Assembly: GCA_963697895.1 (NCBI GenBank)
Contig: OY969100.1
Location: 992,001 to 1,056,000 of the forward strand
Reading direction: 5' to 3'
DNA length: 64,000 nt
DNA from: an uncultured Methanomicrobiales archaeon
Lineage (GTDB): Archaea; Halobacteriota; Methanomicrobia; Methanomicrobiales; Methanospirillaceae
A program made the translations under genes and the position numbers. Position 1 is the first letter of the stretch; every line of letters starts with the position of its first letter. This document shows, one piece after another, positions 11,822 to 23,666 of this stretch. The notes under the pieces are model-generated. The model saw only the letters and a list, made by a program, of their open reading frames with translations. It was not told the origin of the DNA and did not search any database.

Positions 11822-12110
11822 CAATTTTGTTACTCATTTTAAAAAAAGTGAGTGAAAGTGTACTCATTTTTGCAGAAGTTGATCGAAAATCAGGTAAATG
11901 GAGTCCTTATTCGACCCGGATTCATCTGAAAGGGGGCTTGAAAAGATCCGGAAAACGAAGGTTATGAAATACGGGATTGTCCATGATTAATAATTACGGT
12001 TACAAAATAACCGATAGTTATAATATATCTTATAGTTATACATTATCTGGTGAAACTGCCTTCGGGCAGAATCCTGAAAGATTGCGCCCCGAAGGGGAGG
12101 AGATGATTCC

Positions 12111-12509
12111 ATGGTTACACTGACACAGGAGATCAAAGAATCGCTACGAGCAACGAAGACCGTGTTTCTTGCAACATCGTCAAAAAAAGGCATTCCCAAT
12201 GTTGTCCCGATCGCGGCGATCAAGGTACTGGATGACGGGACGATGCTCATTTCGGATCAGTTCTTCAACAAAACGCTGCGGAACATGAAGGAGAACCCGG
12301 AGATCGCCCTGTCGTGGTGGGGGGATAAAGGCGGTTTCCAGATCAAGGGTACCGTTACTATCCACACGAATGACGAAATCTTCAGACAGGACGTTGCCTG
12401 GATGAAGGAGAGCTGGCCCACGTTTGTACCCAAGTCTGCAGTGCTCGTGAAGATCACCGATGTGTACGCCGTTAAACCGGGCCCCGAACCGGGGAAGAAG
12501 ATCCTGTGA
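12111..12509 (+). CDS. Pyridoxamine 5'-phosphate oxidase-like FMN-binding protein
   Basis: LATSSK.GIPNVVP, KTLRNMKENP, GFQIKG; GGAG RBS upstream. Confidence 0.85.
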   Translation: MVTLTQEIKESLRATKTVFLATSSKKGIPNVVPIAAIKVLDDGTMLISDQFFNKTLRNMKENPEIALSWWGDKGGFQIKGTVTIHTNDEIFRQDVAWMKESWPTFVPKSAVLVKITDVYAVKPGPEPGKKIL

Positions 12510-12519
12510 TCCGGAGGTT

Positions 12520-12712
12520 AAACAGCAGGCCTTCGATACTGTACTTTATTTCATGCTCTTCAGCGTGATGATGGTCCCGGGAATCCCGGCAATCTTCATT
12601 CGTTCGAAATATTGGAGACGTACTGAAACGTGAAGAAGGTAGAGCAAGGGCAAAAGAAGTCGGAAAGAACATGGCCTGGCTGCTGAAAACAATCGCATCT
12701 GCTGATTGGACA
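12520..12712 (+). pseudogene. Degraded C-terminal remnant of a flavodoxin/Fe-S flavoprotein paralog
   Basis: Translates in shifted frames to AFDTVLYFMLFSVMMVPG...GDVLKREEGRARAKEVGKNMAWLLK, matching the C-terminus of 14570-15166 (ALNTMMNFMVYSGMIIPG...DEEGIGRAHDTGKNMAWVL). Confidence 0.7.
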
Positions 12713-12762
12713 GTTAAGAGAATGACCCGGAAAAATCTGGCGACTTCAATGGAGAAAATTTC

Positions 12763-13563
12763 ATGGAAATACCATCCATAAAACTGGTTTATTTCTCACC
12801 TACGGGAACAACAAAAACGGTTGTTCAGAGTATTGCACGCGGAATAGATCACAGCACGGTGGAATTGCTGGATATTACCCGGCCGGATGCGAGAAAACAG
12901 CCGTTACAGACATCGGAAAATGAATTGCTCATTATTGGTGTGCCGGTGTATATGGGAAGGGTGCCGGCCCTCCTGACCGAATGGCTGCAGGCGATTAAAG
13001 CCCAGAATATGCCCGCGGTATGTGTTGTCGTCTATGGCAATCGTGTGTATGAAGATGCACTCATCGAGCTGAAAGATATCCTGACCCAGTGTGGATGCAA
13101 ACCGATCGCCGGTGCGGCCTATATCGGTGAACATTCATTCTCCGACGACGAAACACCCACGGCCAAAGATCGTCCGGATGCAGGCGACATACACCATGCA
13201 GAGTCGTTCGGGCGAAAAATACAGGAAAAACTCACCGCCATTCCCTCGGTCGACCGGATTTCTGAGGTACATATACCCGGCTGCCATCCGTACCGGGGGG
13301 ATTCGACGCTGTGGAATGTTGATTTTATTGATGTCAGCGATGAGTGCACCGAGTGCGGGACGTGTGCAGAGGGATGCCCTGTCGGTGCTATCGATGCAGA
13401 AAATTCCCGTTTGATTGATACGGAAAAATGCATCACCTGCTGTGCGTGTATCAAAAACTGCCCCAAAAGTGCCAGATCGATGAAACCCGGGCTGGTGAAA
13501 GATGCACAGGTGCGTCTCCATATGCTCTATAGCGAACGAAAGGAGCCTGAATACTTTTTATGA
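12763..13563 (+). CDS. EFR1-type flavodoxin-ferredoxin fusion
   Basis: YFSPTGTT flavodoxin loop, VYGNR.YEDAL, two CxxCxxCxxxCP clusters at the C-terminus. Confidence 0.88.
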   Translation: MEIPSIKLVYFSPTGTTKTVVQSIARGIDHSTVELLDITRPDARKQPLQTSENELLIIGVPVYMGRVPALLTEWLQAIKAQNMPAVCVVVYGNRVYEDALIELKDILTQCGCKPIAGAAYIGEHSFSDDETPTAKDRPDAGDIHHAESFGRKIQEKLTAIPSVDRISEVHIPGCHPYRGDSTLWNVDFIDVSDECTECGTCAEGCPVGAIDAENSRLIDTEKCITCCACIKNCPKSARSMKPGLVKDAQVRLHMLYSERKEPEYFL

Positions 13564-13621
13564 GGAGTACATTCATGGTAGCAGTCAGGAGATCTTCACG
13601 GATACCTACGGGGGATATGTA

Positions 13622-14465
13622 ATGGAGCACCGCCCGTTCTACGCAGTCCGCCCCCTCCTCCCAGGCTACCCGGAACCGGAGGACCCCTCGCCTGCACGAA
13701 AACGCTGGGTCCTGGTCCAAGGCAGTTCGGTGCTCTTCCGCGACGACCCGGCATCCGGCACCGTGCTCATGCCGGACCCGCTTCCCGCCGGTCTTGCGTG
13801 CGGTGCGCCGGTGTACCTCGGCACCCGCGACGATCTGTTCTACTATGCAGCCGAGGTTCCTGCCGGTGCCGCACCGCCGGACGGCTGGGAGCCGTCGCCG
13901 GTCCGGGAACTGTCCGGAACGGTTCCGGACAGCGACATCGCCGTTGCCGCCTATGCCGTGCGGATCCTTGACTTTGACCGGGCGACTGCCTTCTGCGGCA
14001 GGTGCGGTGCGAAAACCCGCCCGCTCACGACCGAGCGGGCACGGATCTGCACGGCCTGCAGCCGGATCACCTACCCCCGGATCTCCCCCGCCATCATCGT
14101 GCTGGTGAAATCCGGCGAGAAGGTCCTGCTCGCCCGTTCCCCCCGCTCCCCGCCGGGGATCTTCTCGGTCATCGCCGGCTTCAATGAACCCGGTGAGAAC
14201 CTCGAGCAGACCGTCCACCGCGAAGTCGGCGAGGAGATTGGCATCGCGGTGCGAAACCTCCGGTACTTCGGGAGCGAGCCCTGGCCGTTTCCCGATTCGC
14301 TCATGATCGGCTTTGTCGCAGACCATGCCGGAGGAGAGATCCGGGTCGACAACCAGGAGATTGAAGCAGCCAGTCTGGTTTACCCGCGAAACCCTGCCAC
14401 CCTTTCCCTCTAAGACGAGCATCTCGCAGGCGCTTATCGAGGCCTGGATCCGGCGGGAGGTCTGA
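13622..14465 (+). CDS. nudC: NAD(+) diphosphatase NudC with an apparent frameshift near 14372
   Basis: FCGRCG/CTAC Zn ribbon, YPRISPAII, Nudix box GENLEQTVHREVGEEIG, SEPWPFPDSLM; the C-terminus WFTRETLPPFPSKTSISQALI continues in a shifted frame to TGA 14465. Confidence 0.88.
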
Positions 14466-14569
14466 AACCCCGCGGTGTAAGGAACGAAAGGAGCCTGAAT
14501 GGGTTTTCAATTGAACGGTAAGATGAAAAAAATCAACATGCGAATTGAAGAGACAAAAAAAAGTTACGA

Positions 14570-15166
14570 GTGAGTATGATGACGAACGTAATCGCGATCA
14601 ACGGGAGCCCCCGGAGAAATGGAAATACTTCCATTCTGATAAGGCATGTCCGGGAAGAGCTTGAGAAAGAAGGTATCACCACGGAAGAAGTGAACCTGGG
14701 CGGATCCGTGGCACGGGGATGTACTGCCTGCATGAAATGTGTGGAGAACCAGGACGGACACTGCGTTTTTGACGATGATATCGTCAACAGCTGCATCGAC
14801 AAAATGGTCGAGGCTGACGGGATTATTCTCGGTTCACCGGTGTACTTCCTGGATGTCACGGCCGAGATGAAAGGACTGATCGACCGGGCCGGGTTTGTCG
14901 CAATGGCCAACAGGGACCTTTTCCGGCGCAAGGTTGGCGTTGCAGTGACCGTAATGCGCAGGGCCGGATCCATCACAGCCCTGAACACGATGATGAACTT
15001 CATGGTATACTCAGGCATGATCATCCCGGGCAAACCCGTCACCGGTGTTGGGAGAGAGATCGGAGCGGTTAACCAGGATGAAGAGGGAATCGGGCGTGCC
15101 CATGATACTGGAAAGAACATGGCGTGGGTGCTCAACGCGCTGGGGACCCATCATGAATCGTCATAA
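14570..15166 (+). CDS. Iron-sulfur flavoprotein (NADPH-dependent FMN reductase family)
   Basis: INGSPRRNGNT, CxxCxxC...C, GSPVYF, MKGLIDR. Confidence 0.88.
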   Translation: MSMMTNVIAINGSPRRNGNTSILIRHVREELEKEGITTEEVNLGGSVARGCTACMKCVENQDGHCVFDDDIVNSCIDKMVEADGIILGSPVYFLDVTAEMKGLIDRAGFVAMANRDLFRRKVGVAVTVMRRAGSITALNTMMNFMVYSGMIIPGKPVTGVGREIGAVNQDEEGIGRAHDTGKNMAWVLNALGTHHESS

Positions 15167-15298
15167 GCGTAAGATCCGGCATCATGGTCCGGTCAGATCC
15201 GGGTTTGGGGATTTTGCCGGCGTCAGACCGGCTGGCGAACCATGGAATCCCTTCAGAGTTCGCCTTATGGACCACCGGACGAGAGCGGGAGGATCGGG

Positions 15299-16024
15299 AT
15301 GGGAATAGCCGACAGGAGACAACGGGAAAGGGAACAGCGAAAGACCGGGATCATCGACGCAGCCGAGCGTCTCTTTTTTTCCCGGAGTTACGAGGATGTT
15401 TCGATGGACGACATCGCCCGCGAGGTTGAGCTGAACAAGGCTACCCTCTACCTGTATTTTAAAAATAAGGAGGCTCTTTACGCCACTATCGTACTCCGCG
15501 GCATCCGGATCCTCAAGGAAAAATACACGGAGTGCATGGAACAACAGGTTCCCGGAATTGTCAAGGTAACCCTGATGGGCCAGGCCTATTACCAGTTTTC
15601 ACAGGAATACCCGGAATATCTCCGACTGATCCACTTTTACGGGTCCGAACGGTTCTCCACAGAAAATCCCTATACCGCAGAGATTGGAAAGGGGTATGGT
15701 GTCTGCCGTTCGATCCTGCAGGACGCGATCCAGGAGGGCACCGGTGACGGGACAATCCGGGCCGATCTCGATCCGTTCCTGACCTCGATGTATCTTATGA
15801 TATCCTTCATGGGCATCCTCTCGCTGGAAAACAGATGGAAACTCGTGATCGAGGCGGAGGGATTCAGCTACGAGCAGTTCGCGAGCGAATTCTTCCGGTT
15901 CATCACTCCCGCAATTTCTTCCGGGGAGAACGCTCGCACCATGGACCTCAGGGATTTCGAATCATCCGGGTTCTTTTTAACGACGCCCGTACCGTCGCAG
16001 AAGAAAAAGAGAAAAGAATCTTAA
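15299..16024 (+). CDS. TetR/AcrR family transcriptional regulator
   Basis: IIDAAERLF...VSMDDIAREVELNKATLYLYFKNKEAL helix-turn-helix. Confidence 0.92.
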   Translation: MGIADRRQREREQRKTGIIDAAERLFFSRSYEDVSMDDIAREVELNKATLYLYFKNKEALYATIVLRGIRILKEKYTECMEQQVPGIVKVTLMGQAYYQFSQEYPEYLRLIHFYGSERFSTENPYTAEIGKGYGVCRSILQDAIQEGTGDGTIRADLDPFLTSMYLMISFMGILSLENRWKLVIEAEGFSYEQFASEFFRFITPAISSGENARTMDLRDFESSGFFLTTPVPSQKKKRKES

Positions 16025-16135
16025 ATTTTGTGTACCGCACGGATCGCCTGCAAAAACGAGGAAACGTTACCGAATCATTGTTTTCGTGGTGATCTCAATC
16101 CCCGTTCATAGAGAACTCTATTGTATGCTCTGTTT

Positions 16136-16621
16136 TTAGTTTTGTATGCTCTGTTTCAGGTTCGACGCAAACTCTTGGGCATTTTTCCGGTCTTTTGCAT
16201 TCGGTCTACCCTTGTTCATTCCCCCGAACAGTTTGAGGAAGCTGTTCGTGTTAAACCCTTTACAACTAAATTCACCAACGATTACATACCCTTTAGACTG
16301 CAGTTTTTTCTTAAGGAGCGAGTGATCTTTGGCGACTTTGGCGTCTCCGGTGATGGCGCTGGTTGAAAAAATGAATGCGTTCCTGTGGGTGACCGGGGGT
16401 AGGTTATCGGCAAGGTCAAGCAGATCGACATGGTGTGTTCCACTATATATCCCCGAACCAAAGCCTATCAGGCCATACTCTTCAAGCTCTTCAGGCTTTA
16501 CCTGCTGTGGCGTTTTTATCTGCGCATCAAGCACTTCTGCGAAGACTTTCGCGATTTTCTCAGTATTATGGTGATGATAAGAGACCAGAATCAGCAGAGT
16601 TTTCATTGTCACATTTTCCAC
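16136..16621 (-). CDS. Flavodoxin family protein
   Basis: SYHHHNTEKIA, IGFGSGIY, FIFSTS, GEFSCKG, GRPNAKD. Confidence 0.85.
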   Translation of the reverse strand: MENVTMKTLLILVSYHHHNTEKIAKVFAEVLDAQIKTPQQVKPEELEEYGLIGFGSGIYSGTHHVDLLDLADNLPPVTHRNAFIFSTSAITGDAKVAKDHSLLKKKLQSKGYVIVGEFSCKGFNTNSFLKLFGGMNKGRPNAKDRKNAQEFASNLKQSIQN

Positions 16622-16839
16622 TTTCTCACCGTTGATTCCTTGTAATATTTAACTTCCCACCCGCTGTTCTCCTTTCGGTAAGAAACTGGAGTGAGGTATT
16701 CGGTATCCCAGGGATTTCACTTTGAGCAGTTCGCCAGTAATCACCATCAACTGCTATTGCTTGATCTCCGGCGTTCAGGTGAAGATGATAAGCTATGGTC
16801 ATGAGACCGAAGACACGGTCAATCAATCCGGACGCCGGT

Positions 16840-17307
16840 CTAGATTCTGGGGGCATTGGGCGGTGTCGATTCTTCTGCCACCGAATGAGTTTCAGTTGCC
16901 CTATGTGTTCGGTTTTCGAGATACACCCGTTCTCCGTACAGCATGTATCCGATTCCCACTAATATGAGAATGTACTCGCCGGCCGTAACGGCAGGCGGAG
17001 GGGGGACCGTGAAGAAAAATCCTGCCTGGTCGGCGGGGGCGGTGAGGAACAGGAGCGCAGCGTCGATTACCGCCAGAACGCCGGCGAGTTTTGGTCTTCG
17101 GAACAGCAAAAGGAGCCCGGCAATCGGAATCAACAACCCTACGGTCACAAAAAATGCTGCGAACCCCAGAGTCCGTATTTCATTCATACGGGTCTCGAAT
17201 CCCAACGGAGTCAACAGGAAGCCCAGAATAAATCCCAACCCGAACAAAATTGCCAATATCCGCTCTGATTTCCCGAAAGACGCCTTTGAATCAGATAATG
17301 AAGACAT
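16840..17307 (-). CDS. Hypothetical 4-TM membrane protein
   Basis: Four hydrophobic helices; GAGGAG RBS upstream. Confidence 0.65.
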   Translation of the reverse strand: MSSLSDSKASFGKSERILAILFGLGFILGFLLTPLGFETRMNEIRTLGFAAFFVTVGLLIPIAGLLLLFRRPKLAGVLAVIDAALLFLTAPADQAGFFFTVPPPPAVTAGEYILILVGIGYMLYGERVYLENRTHRATETHSVAEESTPPNAPRI

Positions 17308-17660
17308 TTCTTATTCTCCTCATCGAGGTAGCACTCTTTCCAGGCTATTTACCCTGTAAAAGATAAGTCTAACCATACCCGAAGGACAGCAAGAAAAGCC
17401 CGGCATGATCTCTCCGGAAACCCGAGGAGTAGCCCGGCGAATGAGGGGATGGACTGCTTAATATTTTTTTTTTGAGCACGGGAGAGAGGGACCAGGGATT
17501 GAGATCCCCCCCTCGACAACAGCATGGAGAACATTTGGGTGCAACTCAGGGAATTCCTGGTCGCCCGCCGATATACCGCTCACAACGTTAGCCCTTTTGC
17601 CACACACTGCCCTGGTTCCTTATCCGCCTTCGTGGGTTCTCCACCATTGAAGACCTGCGA

Positions 17661-19883
<2,223 letters not shown>

Positions 19884-20092
19884 TTATCCACTGTGGTACA
19901 GGAAGATGAATATAGGTTCCCTTTGTCCATCTATCTGGCGGTTGCCTCAGGGTCAAGGTTGTTTGAGCAAGGAGACGTTCCGACACCGCCGTCTGCTGCA
20001 GGAAAAAAAGGGAGCGGGAAATACGGGTCGGGACCACACCAGTACCTCTTTCACCATTCTTCTTCGATCATTGTTACCTTGGGTGGGGATAC

Positions 20093-20308
20093 ATGAAGGC
20101 AGTTGTCTGCACAAAATACGGGCCACCGGAGGTTCTCCAGATCCAGGATATGGAAAAACCTGTTCCCCGGGACAATGAAGTGCTGATAAAAATCCATGCA
20201 ACTACGGTCACGTCCGGAGACTTTCGCATCCGTAGTTTTAGTGTGTTCCCCTCATATTCTGGCTTCCCTCAAGAATAGCCTGGGAATTACAAGACCGAGA
20301 AAACCGAC
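20093..20308 (+). pseudogene. Truncated, frameshifted N-terminus of an NAD(P)-dependent MDR oxidoreductase
   Basis: MKAVVCTKYGPPEVLQIQDMEKPVPRDNEVLIKIHATTVTSGD..R, then shifted FWLPSRIA.GITRPRKP, then an abrupt end. Confidence 0.75.
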
Positions 20309-20309
20309 G

Positions 20310-20608
20310 GCTTCCCAGACCGTGCCGATCACTTGACGGCGAAAAATATCACGTTTGACACGAAGACGATCACGGTCCCTGCCGGGTCGACCGTCGTGAT
20401 GACATTCATCAAAAATGACGCGGGAATCCCGCACAATTTTGCACTGTATACGGATTCCTCGGCGACCACCCGGATTTTTGCCGGTGACTTTGTGACCGGT
20501 GTGAAGACCGTGACCTACAAGTTCACCGCACCGTCCGCACCGGGGTACTACTTCTTCCGGTGTGACGTGCACCCGGAGGCGATTACTGGGACGTTCGTCG
20601 TGACGTGA
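20310..20608 (+). CDS. Cupredoxin (plastocyanin-like) domain lacking its N-terminal signal; probably a fragment
   Basis: AKNITFD..TITVPAG, PHNF, YFFRCDVHP; the axial Met position reads I (HPEAITG). Confidence 0.7.
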
Positions 20609-20909
20609 GATAGGATAAATTTTTTTTGGACACCGGTAACCATTCTTTTATGAGGGATATGCTCCTCATGTGCCGCATTCGGGCAACATGAGGAATTTTT
20701 TGTATCCACTGGAGTCGTTTATTCGCGTATATTTTTGCGAATTTGGACATCCGTCGGCTACCGATTCAGGTATCACGGCCTGGGGAATGTTTCATAAAAA
20801 CCGAAGATTGGGCAGACATTTTTCCGTCGGCAATCATCCGGATGCGAGCAAAAGTTCATCTCCTCGAAGACAATACAGTCCCCTGCCTGATATGGGCAGG
20901 GTGAGAAGG

Positions 20910-21173
20910 ATGTATTTTGTTGCTCTGGTAAAATTCAAGGAGAAGCAGACCAAGGAAGTTGTTGCCAGGAACCTGAAAAGAATAGAGACAGAGACCAAGG
21001 AAGGGATTAAATATCACGGTATTTACTGGACTCTCGGCAAGTACGATGCGGTTGCCATCTTTGAAGCTTCCGATGAAAAAACAGCGATGAAGATTTCTAT
21101 TCGCCGGGGAGATGGGATGTCGATAGAGACGCTCGTGGCAGTACCGGTGGAAGAAGCACGAAAGCTTGCCTGA
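20910..21173 (+). CDS. GYD domain protein
   Basis: YWTLGKYDAVAIFEA, IETLVA. Confidence 0.85.
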   Translation: MYFVALVKFKEKQTKEVVARNLKRIETETKEGIKYHGIYWTLGKYDAVAIFEASDEKTAMKISIRRGDGMSIETLVAVPVEEARKLA

Positions 21174-21310
21174 GTAGAGAAACGCGGATACCTTTTTTGT
21201 TTTTTTCCTGTTTGGCACTATTCGGTCAGATCCCCCTGCCGGTGAGGCCTCCGGTTGTTTCACGATACTATTATATATTCCGCGGCTATGTCTGGAGATG
21301 GTGAGAACCA

Positions 21311-21604
21311 ATGATGTTTGTGGCTACCCTTGTCCATCCGCCCGAGTTGTGCCTTGCGAGGGAGGAATTTGGAACTGAAGCGAAGGAATGGATCGACGGA
21401 ATGAGTGATGCGGCAAAGAAACTGGGAGTAAAGGTTCAGGGGGCATATTCCTGCCCGGGTGAACACACCTTCTACTTTGTCCTCGAATCGGATGATTTCA
21501 AAGCGATTACCGCATTCTTTTCCGGTATCATGCTCACGCATAATGCTGCCCGGATTTCTCCGGTTATTCCCCTCAAAGTCGCCAGTGATACGCTTATCAA
21601 GTAA
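21311..21604 (+). CDS. Small alpha/beta protein (DUF3303/GYD-like)
   Basis: F..TLVHPPELC, GEHTFYFVLESDD, ISPV; GGTGA RBS. Confidence 0.65.
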   Translation: MMFVATLVHPPELCLAREEFGTEAKEWIDGMSDAAKKLGVKVQGAYSCPGEHTFYFVLESDDFKAITAFFSGIMLTHNAARISPVIPLKVASDTLIK

Positions 21605-21696
21605 GGAGGAAGGGGAAAATACTTATTTTCGCGACGATTATTCCGCGAATAAGACCTACCTGAAGACCTGACCACCGCCCAGGACATTCAGGGAGA

Positions 21697-22014
21697 CTAT
21701 TTCTTCCGTTCTCCGCCGCAGCAGGATCCGGCCTCTCCCCCGCATCCGCAGGTACCGCTGTCCATGTCTTTTCCCCGGATCGCGGCATTGATCATCGCCC
21801 ATGCACAACCGACACCGCTCTGCACTTCGATTGCCTGTACGGGACAGTTAAGGGCACATGCACCGCACTCCATGCATGCGGTCTGCCGCACGAGCGTCGC
21901 CCGGTCCTTTCCCTCCGCAAAGACCCCGTGGGGGCAGACCTGTGTGCAACGGGTGCAATTGATGCACCGCTCCGGGTAATACCGGAGCGTGTTCTCCCGG
22001 TATGAGTCAAACAT
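21697..22014 (-). CDS. hgcB: Mercury methylation ferredoxin HgcB
   Basis: CINCTRCTQVCPHGVF and CMECGACALNCP (2x[4Fe-4S]), GVGCA, C-terminal CGCGG...CC; TGATG overlap with the hgcA stop. Confidence 0.93.
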   Translation of the reverse strand: MFDSYRENTLRYYPERCINCTRCTQVCPHGVFAEGKDRATLVRQTACMECGACALNCPVQAIEVQSGVGCAWAMINAAIRGKDMDSGTCGCGGEAGSCCGGERKK

Positions 22015-23168
22015 CAGATCACCCCGGTAAGGAGGAATACACCCAGCAGAATGAAGAGTGCACTCCCGGCGACCGCAATGACCACCATGGCCGGCACGTA
22101 CCGGAAGATCTCTGTTCTCACTCCGGTCCGCGACGTAAAGGTCGTGCACCCGGTAAAGTTCAGGGCCAGGTACGCGGTCACGACCGGGATGAGGAGGAGC
22201 ACGATCAGTGCGGCAAGCACATTCGCCGGGAACGGCAGCACGGGGTTTCCCGCAGAGAATATCGCAAAGGGTAATGCGACGATCAAACCGAGAATGAGCC
22301 CCTTCGTGCTGAAATCACGGGTGGGGATGAAGGGAAGCAGGGCCGGGAAGAGCACGGTTCCCGCGAGAACGGCGGCTATTGCCGCGAATGCCGCGACCGG
22401 TCCCGCAAGAAAGTACAGAACGATCGCTGCCACGAAGGTCGGCAGTGCAACGTGCACGAATTCCACCGGGGCAAGAACGATCCGGTCCCTGAAGGTGAAC
22501 TGTACCCGGCGCATACCGGGCGTTGCGTTATGCGATTCCAGGTATTCCGGGAGGTCACGTGAACGGACCGGGCCGTATTCCACGGTAAAACCGGAGCGTC
22601 GTCTCACTACATGGGCCGCAATGCCCGGGGCACCGAGTTGCGGAAGAACGAGGGTCCGGTGCCGGACGACCGAGGAAAGCCCGGTGAGTTCAATTCTCCG
22701 GACCAGTTCATCGGTCCCGAACGTCCCTTCTCCGGCGGCACACCAGACATTAATCCCCTTCGTGTCGAGGACGAGAATATACCCGTCGATACCCGCGAGT
22801 GCGGAACGGACCGCATCGAAACTGAGCGTGTAATTCGCCGAGACGAGAACGGGGGAATCGGGTGAGGGTTCCCCGATCCGGTACAGGCCGGGCGCTACGC
22901 GGTGTCCCATCCGGTTCACCCCCCACCGGGCAAGCAGATGATCGATCCTGTCGGCGGTGGAGAGCGTTCCGGAGGTCACGAAGATCCCGGGCGCCGGATT
23001 TGTCGTGCATTGGCAGGGTGTCGTATCCGGTTGACATTGACAGGATGTTGTTTCCTCCTGACATTGACAGGATGTTGTTTCCTCCTGACATTGACAGGAT
23101 GTTGTTTCAGACCGGTTCCGATCCGGGCAACAGGGCGGGGTAGGGGCAGCGGCCGTATCATTCTCCAT
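22014..23168 (-). CDS. hgcA: Mercury methylation corrinoid protein HgcA
   Basis: PGLYRIG.P..DSPVLVSANYTLSFD, LDTKGINVWCAAGEGTFG cap helix, LPQLGAPG, C-terminal TM domain with NFTGCTTFTS.TGV..E. Confidence 0.95.
   Translation of the reverse strand: MENDTAAAPTPPCCPDRNRSETTSCQCQEETTSCQCQEETTSCQCQPDTTPCQCTTNPAPGIFVTSGTLSTADRIDHLLARWGVNRMGHRVAPGLYRIGEPSPDSPVLVSANYTLSFDAVRSALAGIDGYILVLDTKGINVWCAAGEGTFGTDELVRRIELTGLSSVVRHRTLVLPQLGAPGIAAHVVRRRSGFTVEYGPVRSRDLPEYLESHNATPGMRRVQFTFRDRIVLAPVEFVHVALPTFVAAIVLYFLAGPVAAFAAIAAVLAGTVLFPALLPFIPTRDFSTKGLILGLIVALPFAIFSAGNPVLPFPANVLAALIVLLLIPVVTAYLALNFTGCTTFTSRTGVRTEIFRYVPAMVVIAVAGSALFILLGVFLLTGVI
23005..23108. repeat. 27-bp coding tandem repeat in the hgcA 5' region (3 near-exact copies plus 1 degenerate; encodes ETTSCQCQE)
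   Basis: TGACATTGACAGGATGTTGTTTC starts at 23032, 23059 and 23086; degenerate copy at ~23005. Confidence 0.93.
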
Positions 23169-23176
23169 ATCTATCC

Positions 23177-23467
23177 TCACTCCCGATCCCGTACCAGCGG
23201 ATCGAGCACATTTTGCACCATGCCGCTCAGGTTCTCGACCTTCATGAGAGCGAGGCAGCATACGGAGCCGTCCTTCTCCCAGCTGATCAGGGCGAGCTTA
23301 TCACCGGTCCGGATGCCCGCTCTCTCCCGCACGTCTTTCGGGAGTACCATCTGTCCGCGGTCATCGACACCGAGGACTGCCTCCACCCGGCACCCGGTAC
23401 CGGGTTCGCATTTATAGTTCGATTCCTCTGAATGGGGGATCTCATCCTCGGCCTTCTTTCTGGACAT
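23177..23467 (-). CDS. hgcC: AbrB-like HgcAB-associated protein (HgcC-type)
   Basis: CRVEAVLGVDDRGQMVLPKDVRERAGIRTGDKL swapped-hairpin motif plus VCCL; immediately upstream of and co-oriented with hgcA. Confidence 0.75.
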   Translation of the reverse strand: MSRKKAEDEIPHSEESNYKCEPGTGCRVEAVLGVDDRGQMVLPKDVRERAGIRTGDKLALISWEKDGSVCCLALMKVENLSGMVQNVLDPLVRDRE

Positions 23468-23666
23468 GGATACCTTTCATCATACGATGAGGTTTCTATA
23501 CTATTTAGAATTATCAGTAATATCCAATTTATCATACATATCTGATATTGTCCCGGCCTGACGGGATATCTGACGGCTCTTCCGATTTGAGATCTTCTGA
23601 TATGAAAAAATGTGACATAGAACTCTTTATATTCCGGATCGTCGGAAATATTTCACGGTACGATCC

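Noticed and set aside
16121-16156. 15-bp direct repeat TTGTATGCTCTGTTT at the flavodoxin 3' end
   Set aside because: It is a simple local 21-bp-period duplication with no element between the copies.
23477-23547. Short palindromes upstream of hgcC (TCATC-N4-GATGA, TATCA-N8-TGATA) as operators
   Set aside because: Five-bp arms in AT-rich DNA are expected by chance; comparative data are needed.
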